DNA of 64,000 nt from Antedon mediterranea (lineage: Eukaryota; Animalia; Echinodermata): NCBI RefSeq assembly GCF_964355755.1, contig NC_092680.1:2170001-2234000 (forward strand), read 5' to 3'. Both the position numbers and the translations under genes were made by a program. The notes beneath the pieces were generated by a model, which ran no database searches, was not told the DNA's origin, and was given only the letters and a program-made list of their open reading frames with translations. Position 1 is the stretch's first letter. Every line of letters begins with the position of its first letter. Of the stretch, positions 12,701 to 25,400 are shown one piece after another.

Positions 12701-15700
12701 CGTTAACTCATTCTGAAAATAACGTAGACAGAAATCTGTTAATAGTGGATTTTTTTAAAGTGCTGCAATAAAAAATAAAAGCCAAATATTGTATTGTCTT
12801 AACATAAGTATAAAACAACCGATAAACGTATGTTCTTAAGCTCTGTCTTCACTATCAAGCTACTTTCACAAATAAAGTTTGATGTTCCCAAATATGGTAG
12901 TGATATGACATCATGTCCATATATGGGCACATCACATTTTTTTTGTCACATAAAGTAGTGTAGACAGAGTTTTAAACACGAAAGAATTATTGACATACCT
13001 TTACAAGAGTCCATTGCACTACCCTGCCATCAGATGATATTGAAAAGAAATTGAGGTTGTTATCCAGATCATCTTTCTGCCAGCAAATCTAACAACAGAA
13101 ATCATTTAGTTAGGAAGCTTTCAATTTGCGAACTATACATATTGTGTCATTTACGGATCATTTCAAAATCATTCTACTGCAGTTACTGCAGCACTACCCA
13201 AGACGTGCCAAGGCTATGTTAAAGAATCCAGTGAGGAAGCACATTCCAATGTCTCAACTTGTTGACAACGAATTAACATGCGATAACTAATTTTTAGGTT
13301 GCCAAAGATGTTTGTTTCCATACGTTGAGGAGAATAAACCACTAATTTGAGATGTTCTAACCTGCCAGACTGGATCTGTATGTTTTCCTGACTTGGCTGT
13401 GCTTTGGTACATTGGCTTTGTACTGTCATTCGTAAGGTTAAACACTGCCACCGATCCATCGTAAAAGCCTACAGCTACTAGGTACGGGTGTTCCGGATGT
13501 ATATCTAAGCACATGACGCCGCTCTCGGTGTCATAGATGCATTCTGGGAATGATGGATTCTTAAGAGTGTAGAGAAGTAGTTTACCAGGAGATTGCTTAA
13601 CAAAGTCATCTGAAAGAGAGAGAAAAGCTAAGTTTACAAATTGTCCATGTTTTGCTTTAGAAGCCATGCAACACATGTCCAATTTATATTTGTGTGTGAT
13701 CATACGTGACAAAAATTACAATGTTTTCAAGGCACCCATGTACATACAAACTATTCATTCCTGAAGATAAACTAAAACATATTAAATCACAATCATGGCC
13801 ATGTCAATGGGAAATATGCCTTGAAACATAGGGAACTAGCCTACTGTACTACTCCAGAGTAAGGCTTATTTGTGTACCAAACATTTCAATGTCAATATAA
13901 CTTTCAATCAATGGGACAACCTAAATATTTTGTTTAGACTGACTACGTACATGATCCATGTCCTACAGCAAACAAGTCCTTATATTTCGGGTTCCAGCAG
14001 AGTGACGTGACAGCTAGCCTCTTAGCTTTGTCATATGAAAATTTCCACAACGGCAGAAGTGTACCATCTTGGTCTCTGTACTCATCTGAAACATCTTCCC
14101 AGTACTTGAAATCTACAATTTAACAATAATTCAATATTCATATGGTATGGATTTGGTACACAGTAATATGCATGCTTTTCAGTGCCAGGTTTCCTAGTTC
14201 ATATTAAGCTCTGTCTACAATATCAAACTTTATGATGTGCCCATATATGGACATGATGATGTCATATCACTACTATATTTGGGCATATCACTACTATATT
14301 TGGGCAGATCACACTTTTTTGTCAAACTAGTTTGATAAGGTAGACAGAACTTAAACACACACTCATGGAAGGAAATTTAGTGACTTCAGAAAAGCCTTCT
14401 GTTATTAATTTGTTAATGAACACTGAGCTCTGTATGGTTGTGTCATTTTCTCATCAAAAAGAATAGTAAATGTTTGAACTATAAGTTCCACTAAAAAACT
14501 CAGGAACTAGTTGTCAGAAAAAGGTGTTGAAAAAGGAACCGAGTGAACAAACGCATTATGCATAAACCAACGCTTTTAATTCCTGATGAATAAAATACTC
14601 ATGAATGAACATACCCTGTGCTATATCATCATACGTATTTTGGTTGACCATTCGCTCAACAATCTTAGACGCTTTTGATATTCGTGAAATATCGTCTGAT
14701 TGCGTCTCCAATGCGGTGACTTTCTTTTTGTTTTTGTCGTCATCCTTCTTCGATAATGATGACTGTTTCTTTTCTTTTGCTTTTTCCTAAATAATTTGAG
14801 ATAATAAAGTTTATATGTTTGTTTTACTGACATTTATTTTGTATTTTATATTTAAACCAAATCAGGTCATATTAGAAATTTTATATTCTGAAAAACATCT
14901 CAAAAAAATCATTCTAAAGCTCTGTCCACACTAGCAAACTTTATGTGACAAATATGTGATGTGCCCATATATGGACATAATGATGTCATATCACTACCAT
15001 ATTTGGGAATATCACTACCATATTTTTTTTGTTAAACTAGTTTGATAGTGTAGACAGGGCTTAAACACAAAACACTCATTGAAGGAAATTTAGTGACTTC
15101 AGAAAAGTGAAAATGTTGGCATTAGTTAGAAGCTCTTGAATTGTGGACTGACTATGATAAGATTACAACATAAGCTTAGGATAAATATAAAACAAAATTA
15201 GGAAATATTTAAGCTAAAATTAAACAGAAATAAACATAAGAAATATTCTAAAATTTGTTGTATTAAACACCAATTAATATCTGAAAATAACCTAAAATTT
15301 GAATTTAAACAAATCGACGCATTTTTCAAAAACTAATAAAGTATAGTTTGGTTTTTGTCAAATTGTTATTAGGTAAAATAACTGAATTAAATTAATAATT
15401 AGAATATTAAAAATGAATTAAAACATTCTGTGTTAGTATAATCAGTACAAAAAAAAAAAGGTACAATCACAATTTTATTTTAAAAAAGGTTATAGTTGGT
15501 GCAAGTTTTGAGGCTGACTCGAAACAGCAAGTGCTAACAACAAAGAGGGCTCTTCACTATACAATATAAAATAAGCATATATAAGCACAAACAAAATCAC
15601 AATTTCGAAAACAAAAAATACTAACTTATTAGGGACACTAATAAAAAATGGCATAAAAAGTTATAAAAAATGTCAAAAGAAAGTTTGCAGAAGATAAAAG

Positions 15701-18700
15701 GTATTGCACGAAAAGAAAGGGAATAAGGTTAAGGAAAGTGCTTTTCACTGCAAATAAGTTTTGCAAAAAAAAATATACCTCAGCCTGCCATGATCCCAAC
15801 ACACCACCATTAATAGCAAAATATAAGAAACAAACAATAACAACAAAATATGTGATATAATTTACTTTTCAAACGCATGCTATACTTTTATAAATCAATA
15901 ATAGTTATAATATATATATCACTTGCAATGATGAAGGGCTAGTGTTGCCTGAAAGCTCTGCTAACTTTTCTGACTGTTTTACTTTATCGTTTTTATTTAG
16001 CTTTTCGCTTTTTTTTTGTATCTCCATTGAGATCCAGCCACTGATACCCACAGCATTGTCATTTTGTATCTCCATTGAGATCCAGCCACTGATACCCACA
16101 GCATTGTCATTTTTTCAGTTATTTGCCTTTGGATTTATATATATGATATAGTTAATATTAAATACTATCACAATTATATGTAAAAGATTAAAAATGTTAT
16201 TGTTGCAGATATGAAAACAATAACAGCAATATTAATCATATTTAAAATCTCTTTTTGCAGTTTTAGCAACATAAATGGATGGTCTCATTTCAAACCATTA
16301 GCAAAATTATATCCCATGAACCAATCATGATTATTTAGTCTAAATTTAGATTGAAATATGACCTGTACTGACCTGTCGTTCCAGATCCTCAATGTAGGCA
16401 TCATATATCTCCCATTGATTGGCAGTGGCGGAGAAGTTGGCTCTTGGCGGAGGTTCTGTCGCTGTTCCTCTCTCCTGTTTAGAAAATGTCAAAAACACAA
16501 TCAAATACAATTGTATAATACTGTACAGATAATCTATGAAAACTAGAAACTCTCCGAAAACCAGACTTTTGCACTACCCTACTTTTTGGAAAACCAGCCA
16601 TGTTATGCCAGGCCAAAGGCGTCTTGTGAGACCAAAATTGGTCAATAAAAAGGACCTCTCAGTCATGACAGACATTATTGATACATATTGAATCATTATC
16701 ATAACAAAGGCAAATGAAGTAACAGCCTCTTCAACAGGTAAGACAACTCAGAAATAACAGAGTCGCGCTATTACGTGTCTAGCTTACCTGGATAGATCGA
16801 CACAGCTTTGCTTTAATCTCTAGCAATAGCTTCTTACACTCTCAAACACAATGTACGGTTGGGCTATAGTTCAATACAATAGGCTATTGTTTTTCCAGTT
16901 AAGCTAGCACTCATAGACTACCAACATGATTAATAATAATTAATATGATTTGTTGCTTACTCTGTATGGATTGTTATAGGTCTGTGAGGCTCTTTCCGAA
17001 AAATTGAATTGATTTGTTAGTTTTCCCGTCTCAGAGCCTTTACCAGGTGCTGGAGTAGTGCCTTCCTCCTCTTGTTTCTCCCCTGCCTCCTCAGCCTAAA
17101 ACACAAACAAATAATACAACAAATCAGACAGATTTATGATGAAGGCTTAACACCAGAGTTGAACATGCAGTAGTATAGTAGTACACTGAAGGTTGTAATC
17201 TATATAGCTCTGTCTATACTATCAAACTAGTTTGACAAAAAAAAGTATGATGTGCCTAAATATGGTAGTGATATGTCCTAATATGGTAGTGATATGACAT
17301 CATCATGTCCATATATGGGCACATCGCTCTTGATTAGAAACAAAAAAATGAATTCAGACATCACAGCACACGTTTATGATTATTAAGAAAAAAGATTGTG
17401 TTAACATCACTTGATTTTATCTCAGAAAATATGGCATAGCTACTGAAGGAAGAAAAACAAGAACTAGAGATTTTTAATTATATGAAGTTATATATATGGT
17501 GCCATTGGTTGGTAAACATGCAATTGATATGAATCCCTAGGTCATTTCATTCTCCACAGCAATTATGATCACAATAAAGTGAGTGAGTGGCTGAGCGGTT
17601 AAGACAGTGGAACCATAATCACGTAGCCATAACATCGGCAGGGGTTCGAGGCTTACTCACTCCATGGTTCTGGTGGTAGAACGAGTCTTCTCGGATAAGG
17701 ACTATAAACCGTAGGTCCAGTGTACACAACTTGCTCGTGTGCACTTTAAAGAACCTAGTACATCTTTCGAGACGAGTAGGGGGTTACCCCGGTGTATTAG
17801 TACATCACAGCCACTGATCACCAACTGGGCCCTCTGGGAGATCAGTCTTTGACTGAAGAGGTCACTCAGTATAAAGATAAAACAAACAAACAAACAAAAC
17901 AAACAAAGAAAAACCTACTAATGAATCATAAAGAATAGAAAAACACACTTTGTTAATAGAATCCTAACTTAAATCAGTACCTCTTTGTTTCAAACTATTT
18001 TTCCAATGACTGAAATGTCATTGTCATCTAATCAGTGATAGAAAGAATTATTTAAGGTATGGTTAGTACAGATCTTATATTTAAATAGAGTACACATTAA
18101 ACCATTGTTTAGTAGATTTAAAACATCTTTTATTTGATCATAGAACTTTCACACTCATCACTTACTTTCTCAACTTTCTTTTCGGTCTTAAAGAAAAAAA
18201 CATTGACAACATGTAAAAGACTAACATTAGGATAGCTGGGAAAAAAGTTAAATAAAAAAGAAAAAAACATACTTTCAGATAAATATATCCAAGTTTTTGG
18301 GGTTGCATTCCTGTGTGGAAATTAGGCTAGAAATTATACTTTTTAAATGAGTGGTTTTTTTCTATTTATTTAACAAAATATTTTTCTACATTTTTTAAAA
18401 TGATTTATTTATTTTTAATAATTTCTTCAACATTTTTTTTTTTTTATGAGTATTGATTCTAATTGAACAATTGTAAAACTCCAAAATGTATCGTAGATGG
18501 AGAAGCATTCTATATACTTAAGTTGAGAGTTTACGATTTTTCTTTTTCTGCATTTTTTAAATAACAAGAAATTGAATTGAATTGTACCTCTCCTTCTGGC
18601 TTTTCTGCTTCACCTTCTTCCCCATCTTCTTTCTTTTCTTCATCAACTTCACTGATAGCTTGCTCACTTATTGCTATTTTGAAAGAAATTAAATTTATTA

Positions 18701-21700
18701 TTACAAAAATTTCTGTTGATAACTACGCAGAAGGTGAATTCTGTGTCAAGTTTGGTTCTTCATTATTACTCATAATTCGACAGGTGAAAAATTGTATTAT
18801 AATTCAAACAAACTCAATATGGTTGGTATTAGGCCTTTGATAACCCAGTGGCTTGAACAAAGATTGTTCTTTTCTTGCGACAACCGGACGACTTTATTTC
18901 TTGTTGCTACATCACTGCAATATAAAGATCTCTAATGAAGATTGAAACGATCTAAAGTATATACACTGTTTAAGTAATCAATTACACTTTTTCAAAAACT
19001 GTTCTCATTTCAGTCAAGATATTGTTAATATGACAATAACTTATTCTATGTAATTTAGATGCAATGAAGTTTGCTTGACATGGTCATGAAATAAAAAAAG
19101 CAGTAAAACGTTGATGAAAGACTATGAGAGCTGTAAAAACATGCAGTATAATCAAAACAAATTAACAACAAACAAATCTTCACACATCACTTTTAACATT
19201 AAAACATCCCAGAATGCAACATTTCGCAGTCACATGTACTTCTGGTTCCTTGCTATTGTACATTACGTCGTAGAGTTTGTCTGTTGACAAAAATGTTAAA
19301 TACACAGTGTGCACCCTATTTTGCTTTGAAGCTAAGCTATGCAACATGGAGATTTACAAATAAATGTTAAAATAAAGCAAGGCATACACTCAAAAACTGC
19401 ACAATAAAAAGCAAATGAGGAATTTTATTTGCCACTGATACACAAACCATGTTTCAAATTAAAACTGTAGCAGTGGCGGATTCAGGATTTTGAAATAGGG
19501 AGAGAGGGGGAGGGCAGGCAGGGCCTAAAAGTAGTAAATGAAGTGTTGAACTTAATTTGATGTCCTATATTTGCATTACAATTTGTGAGGGGGGCTTGGT
19601 CAGCTGAAGCTGAATCTGCCTCTAGTACTGTAATGGGATATAATAGGAAAGGACTGTATTCGTATTGCTTACATTATTGAATTTTTAATGTAACCGGTGT
19701 ATTTAGGATGATCTTAAAAGCAAAATGCAGTTTTAATGAGATGCTGCTAATTATCATGCAAAAAATATAAATTTGCATCACATACCACTGTGCTTACTAA
19801 CAGAATGACGATCTATAAAGTTAATAAAAGTAAAATAAACAAAAATATATAGTAAAAAAAAATGGGTTACAGTTTTCATAGGTTTATTAGTTTAAATGTA
19901 TAGTAATAACACAATTTAAGTACAGATTAGATCAAGGAAATCTAACAGGATGCTGGAGATCAAATAGTTTATCTGTGGCTGCGACACGATCAGTTCCACA
20001 CCTCTTAACATATTATTCATGATCGGTTCCCATTAGAGACGTAATGCAAGGACGTAACGCAACGTAAATGAGTTAATCAATCACAAGCGATGAATTATTC
20101 AAACTGTCGATTGTCATTGGTCAACACGCTTGTCCTTGTGTTAATTTAGTGGGAATTAAGCTTAATTGGACACTTTCAAGATCAACAAATTGTCCTCTTC
20201 ACTAGGTGTGTCCTCTGAATATGAGTTTGACATTGTTAAACATATATTTTTCCCCTTGTTAATGGGAAAGTGACCTCTTAAAAAGGATTTTCCAAAAGAT
20301 TCTACTGTATAAGAAGAGTTAAATAAATAAGTGATTTATACCTTCACTAGCTCCTTGTTTACTCTGCTGCCTCCTTGCCTCATCAGAATCTTTATGGATC
20401 ATGTTTCCATCCAGAGAAAAATGGATGGCAAGTTGATCAACATGAGATGTCTGCTTAAAGCATTTCTCCTGCAAGAAAACAGTATTAAATAACAATGAAT
20501 GAAAGAGCGAGCAAACAAATTATAGGTCTTAAAATTAATTACTTTGTTTAGTGCACTCACCTTAAAATTATACCTAACAATATTTTTTGGAGCATGGGGA
20601 TTGTTAGCTGTTAAAATCCTGGTAAATTCTTCTTTCATTTCCTTTAAAAATATAAGAAAAGACAAACAATTGTTGATAAAAGTAAATAAAATAATAACAA
20701 TTTTTTGGATACCAATTTTACTATAATTATTTTACTCTAGGAAGTAGAAAGTGTGATGTCCTCAAATATGGTAGGGATATGCCCAAATATGGTAGTGATA
20801 TGACATAATTATGTCCATATATGGGCACATTTTAGTGGGCATGTTAGATATCAATCTATACTCACTGCTTCAGTCAACTCCAACTGATCATCTGGTTTTA
20901 TAAGTGTCTTTGTCTGAAAGAGTGAAAAACAAAAAGTTATTTTATCAAAAATGTTTCATTTACATTTTTCACATTTATTAATTAGGAAAAGCTTTTTGTT
21001 TAGTGTATTTAATAACATGAACTTTACCTGCATCCATTCTTCTCCATGTACCTGATCACCTACTTCAGTCATGTCGTCATCATCCTAAATGAAAATACAC
21101 AAACCAAAAGTGGTGTTGTTAGTCTATGAGTGCTAGCTTACCTGGATAAACCGACATTGGCCCATTCTCTCAGAGAAGATACCTACAACTCAAATTATTA
21201 AATATATATAAACACCCTTGTCAGATAATGGTTCATTCCATGAAAATGTGTAAGTTGCTGTAAGTGTTCCCTTATATTGGTTCAAAAATTATAAATAATC
21301 AATATTTGTAATGTACTGCAATGGTGCTCAATGGTAAATATGTCAAAGTTTATTATACCTTGATGACTTTTCCTGGTGCAATGCTGACCCGTTGAGGGCG
21401 ACCAGCCTGCTTTGTTTTACCAGCACCAGCTTGTCCAGCCTTTCAAAATGATAAAAATAATTATTATATTAAATTATTTAGTCAAACAATTATTTTGGGT
21501 GCTAAATCTTGGCTCTTAATTTTAGAAGTGTGAAAACCTGAACTGTAAATTATATCACCTAAAATAATTATGAAATGGTCTTCCATACATCAGTGTTGCC
21601 TAGTTCAACTGAATTGCTCAGCGCGATTTGAAATTGTGAAACGATTTCGTTGCACAATTTTAAATTGTGCAAATCGTTCAATCATTTTGCCAGACGCATC

Positions 21701-22013
21701 CTGATTTAATTGACAGGATAGATGTGGCCTACACAGAGTTGTACCCACAAACACAGCATGTATTGTATGTCGGGTTTGTTCTTTTTTTTGTCCTCTACAA
21801 AATCTTTAATTAACACACAGATAAAATCCCCAGCCACTCTCAACTCTGGCTACTACAGAAAATGTTTTATTATTTATTCTTTTCGGCTCTATAAAAAAAA
21901 TCATCACCAAGTCCAAGTCCAAAACAAAGTCCTACAAACAAACATAATGTAATATTATTAGTAGTATAATAGTAGTAATGTACCTGCTTTTTTGCAGCAC
22001 CTTTAGGTGGCAT
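9710..22013 (-). CDS. DNAI1: Axonemal outer-arm dynein intermediate chain 1 (WD40), at least 19 exons
   Basis: Phase-consistent GT-AG exons: 21984-22013, 21359-21439, 21028-21084, 20866-20913, 20561-20641 ([20 protein letters not shown]), 20342-20468, 18588-18673, 16961-17095 ([18 protein letters not shown]), 16373-16474, 14615-14786, 13951-14112, 13362-13609 ([16 protein letters not shown]), 12999-13088, 12625-12712, 11980-12211 ([22 protein letters not shown]), 11362-11464, 10873-11006, 10423-10477 and 9710-9796 (TGA). Confidence 0.95.
12205..12343. repeat. 50-bp tandem repeat (about 2.8 copies) spanning a DNAI1 splice acceptor
   Basis: Unit CCACAACCTATGAATAAGAGAAAAACATGGTTCAGAGAATTTAACCTGTA starts at 12205, 12255 and 12305. 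Confidence 0.95.
14918..15061. mobile_element. Representative copy of a high-copy ~150-bp Harbinger/Tourist-like MITE (about 30 copies in the window)
   Basis: Consensus TIR AGCTCTGTCTACACTATCAAACT, TAA/TTA TSDs in many copies, internal 21-bp repeat. Other copies or remnants start near 1553, 1955, 2315, 2615, 7399, 7652, 8698, 9103, 10560, 11063, 12838, 14206, 17206, 20750, 23693, 28237, 28654, 29233, 31868, 32317, 38898, 39490, 40741, 41079, 43137, 44035, 45895, 47438, 49195, 50506 and 51305. Confidence 0.9.
15921..16137 (+). mobile_element. Penelope-like/retrozyme-type repeat fragment with a degenerate minimal hammerhead ribozyme and an internal 39-bp duplication
   Basis: GCA-ATGATGA-AGGGC-TAGTGTT-GCCT-GAAA-GC-TC-TGC; homologous to 52381-52525. 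Confidence 0.6.
16780..16907. mobile_element. Short MITE with TAG...CTA termini (possibly Academ-like)
   Basis: Ends TAGCTTACCTGGA and TCCAGTTAAGCTA. The same end motif recurs at ~21134, 27504, 29455-29472 and 53845-53862. Confidence 0.55.
17578..17907 (+). mobile_element. Full-length tRNA-derived SINE with a Meta-like core and (AAAC)n tail
   Basis: A-box TGGCTGAGCGG, B-box GGTTCGAGGC, core CTCGGATAAGGACTATAAACCGTAGGTCC..GCACTTTAAAGAACC, and an AAAC tail. At least three further copies in the window. The Meta-domain assignment is from memory. Confidence 0.8.
19471..19622. mobile_element. Decayed hAT-like MITE (CAGTGGCGGAT.. end); related copy at ~49740-49830
   Basis: Both copies share GAAGTG.TGAACTTAATTTGATGTCCTAT..ATTACAA.TTGTGA. 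Confidence 0.5.
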
Positions 22014-22469
22014 GCTGTTTACGTTTAAATGCAACTTCTACTTCAAAATAATGATTTAATGAAGAAAAAGACCTGTTTGTAAAACTGGTTGCGATCAATG
22101 GTGGTGAACTAGCAGTCTGTTGTTAAGGGAAATAAAATACTTTAAATTGAAAATGAATATTAAATATTTGTAAAATTATCAAGTGTACTAAACGAAATTA
22201 TTATTAAAATTAAAATTTGTATTTAATTTGTTAACTATAATAAAATTAAAACTGTTAAAATAAGTAATTAACTCTGTATATATAAAAGAATTATATACTG
22301 CTTCCCACAGTGCATTGTGTCAGGAAGGAACATCATCTTTAAAGGTTAAAGGTCATAAATCTTTTGGGAAAAAAAACACGGAGAATTCAAGATGAGCAAG
22401 TGAAAACAGCTGGTCAAAAGTTAGAAAGTCACCTAATACACACATTCTTCTGTGTTCTTTCTTTTTAAA
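22014..22469. promoter_or_regulatory. DNAI1/FAM219A bidirectional promoter
   Basis: 456 bp between divergent ATGs. X-box-like GTTGTTAAGGGAAAT (22119-22133), ZNF143/Staf-like TACTGCTTCCCACAGTGCATTG (22296-22317), and nuclear-receptor DR1 AGGTTA-A-AGGTCA (22343-22355). Confidence 0.65.
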
Positions 22470-25400
22470 ATGGATGATGATGAAACAGATAGTGGTTATA
22501 ATACTTCAATAAATGAACCTTTGAAGGTAAAAATATATCAATTAAATTTCAGTTAGGCCTAGCCTACTCCAGCCCTACTAGCCTGGCCTACATTTTTTTC
22601 TTGCCTGCGATACACCACCGAGCGCGAGAAGGACTCGACGAGTACCGCTGAGGTCGGGTGACAGGGGAGTGTCTAGCTAACTAATAATGGTGATCATGTA
22701 CTAAAGCTCTAAACAGTATCATAAAACTAGATAGCAAGTATCAAGTATTTCAAATTTATATTCTATTATTTTAATTTTATTTAATTACACCTAACTAATG
22801 CTAATTTAAATTTAATACTAAAAATCTAATTTCTAAAATAAATGAACAAAACAAAAAGCTAGGCCTACTTAACTTACTGTATAGGCCTAACTAACTAGTA
22901 GTGGTACTGTACATGTCATTTATTTGTATCTTAAAGCTAGTTTATATTTATTAGTGACTATTATTGGGCCTCCTATTATGCCCCTTTTTATTTAGGTTAG
23001 TTTTTCTTGGAGGCCCCTTTCATTTCATCGACTGTACCTTAAATTAATTTATTATGCTAAAATAATACTTATTACATTTTCTTTATTGCAACTTGATTTG
23101 ACAAATTGAAGTTTAGCAATTATACATGTCGATATTTAAAATATTAAAACGGACACACAATTATTGAAAATGCAAACAAAATACAAAAATCCTTATATTT
23201 GTACTTGTTTTATTAATACACTAGGTTTTTTTTTATTATCTTTTATTATCATGTAGCAACTTCTTTAGATAATTAAACACAATTGTACAGTGGAACAAAC
23301 CAAAGTCATAATGGGATTTTTAAAATATAGCTATAACTTCAGTAACTGCAGTAAAATAATGTGACAGAAAAACACAAGAACTTTTAAAACAGTTAAGTTT
23401 TTGTATTCTAATAAGTGCCTCACAAAATACTGTAGGCAGTATAATTATTCTTATGCATTGATTGAATATTATTTCGTTTAATAGATGGAGAATTCCAATG
23501 GAACAACACCAACTGACATAGCAACTGATTCTTTGAAAGGTGTTCGTCGACCAACATCTTTACAAATTAAATTAGGTAAATAACTATTAATTTCATTATC
23601 TCTCTCAGTATCCCCCCCCCAAAAAAATAAGAATATTCACAAATTTCAAAAAAATTTGACTTATTAAGAATGGATGGAAAAAGATGAGAATTAAGCTCTG
23701 TCCACTCTATCAAACTACAAGTTTGACAAAAAAAGTGTGATGTGCCCAAATATGGTAGTGATATGCTTAAATATGGTAGTGATATGACATCATCATGATC
23801 ATGTACTGTATATGGGCACATCACATTTTTTGGTCACATAAAGTTTGATAGTGTAGACAGAGGTTTACAAGAATAGGAGTGAGAATTATCAAAGATGAGT
23901 GGACACAAGTTATGTCCAGTGGTAGAGAAGTTTATTTGTGGGTATAAAAAAAACAAGGGCGAGAGAAAACATAAAAACGGTACTTGTTATGAATCCAGAG
24001 GTTTCTTGGGTGAGAATGAGATGTGTGTTAAATTAGTCTGAATGAAAGACCTTAAATATAGCTTTGGTTGAATATTTGATAGGTTTGTGTCTGTCAACGC
24101 CAAGCCAATCCGTCACAATTAAACTTCTTCTCTATGTTGGATTTTATTCAATAAGTTCTTTCCACTTGGAGGTGGAAGATGGCTGATTTTCATAGTTTTC
24201 CGATGCCCATGTATAGACACATATTAAAAATTATGTATTATATTGAATATAATATCTCTTCAATGTGAACATAACATATTTTTTATCTTTTATTAATCAT
24301 TATTTCCTTCATATCACATTTCATATTTTAGTTTTATTGTCTTTATGATCATTATATTACTGTAGCATTGAGATTTAAACTTCTGTGCTTTAATTGTTTT
24401 TTTATATCTCAAAATGAACTTTAGTATTTCTTTTTATTGACACAAATTGAAATTGGATAGAGAAAATCAATAATAGATTTATTTTAATATTTTTTTAAAG
24501 AATTGTTTATTGTTTTGTGTTCTGAATAAAATTTGTGTTGGTTTGCATTAGGTTGATATGAAGTTTGTGGTTCATAACGTTTATTTCTAAAAAGTTCATC
24601 AACGTTTCAAATATACTTTGATAGTCCTCATTATCGTTAGTTTTCTCAAAACCATAATTATTAAACACTTCATTAAACACATCTAATAACATGAGTTTAT
24701 AAGAAATCACAATTTACAGTACTTATACTACACATTTAAATTCGCAAACAGGCTTCCTTTTAAGCCTATTCAAGATATATTGTCCCCCTAAAAAATATTT
24801 TTTTTATATGACATTTTAAATGTCTTTTTTTATTTTATCAATATTTAATGAGGGTGGTCCATCCAGCATAAGCTGATCGTTAGGGACCCTCAAACAATAC
24901 AAACAGTAAATACAAAATAAACTATAAAAACACAAAATTAACAAAGATAAAAAAATAAATATAAATATACACATAAATGTCACATAATAGTTATTCACTT
25001 TGACCGAAACTGGATTGAAAAAAAAATGTTACCTAAAAAAATGTAATTTAAAGCAAAAAAAATACTTATATTGTCTGTCAGTGTCTGACAATCGTATTTT
25101 GGTTAAAATTAACCATTTCTGCAAAATGGCCTATTCAAAGTCGGATTTTATTAATCTTCATTTTTCATGTTTTTGTGGACAATACATCTTATCACTCCAT
25201 TTTTAATCCCATTTTTATTTGTTAGTTTAACATTTTGGATGTGTTTGTATTATTCCAAAAATATATTCTTTTAATTTTCTTTTTAGGTGATTGAACTTTC
25301 CTAAATTAAAAATAAGGATGAAATTGATACTTTAATTAAATGACTACCTTTGAATTACTAAAAAGGATACAATGTATGTGATGACTTAATTAATCTGTTA

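Noticed and set aside
16784-16792. U1 snRNA gene or pseudogene (CTTACCTGG)
   Set aside because: Only about 9 nt match the U1 5' end, the downstream sequence is unrelated, and the motif behaves as a TIR.
17578-17670. tRNA gene
   Set aside because: A/B boxes are present but there is no clean cloverleaf; it is part of a multi-copy SINE.
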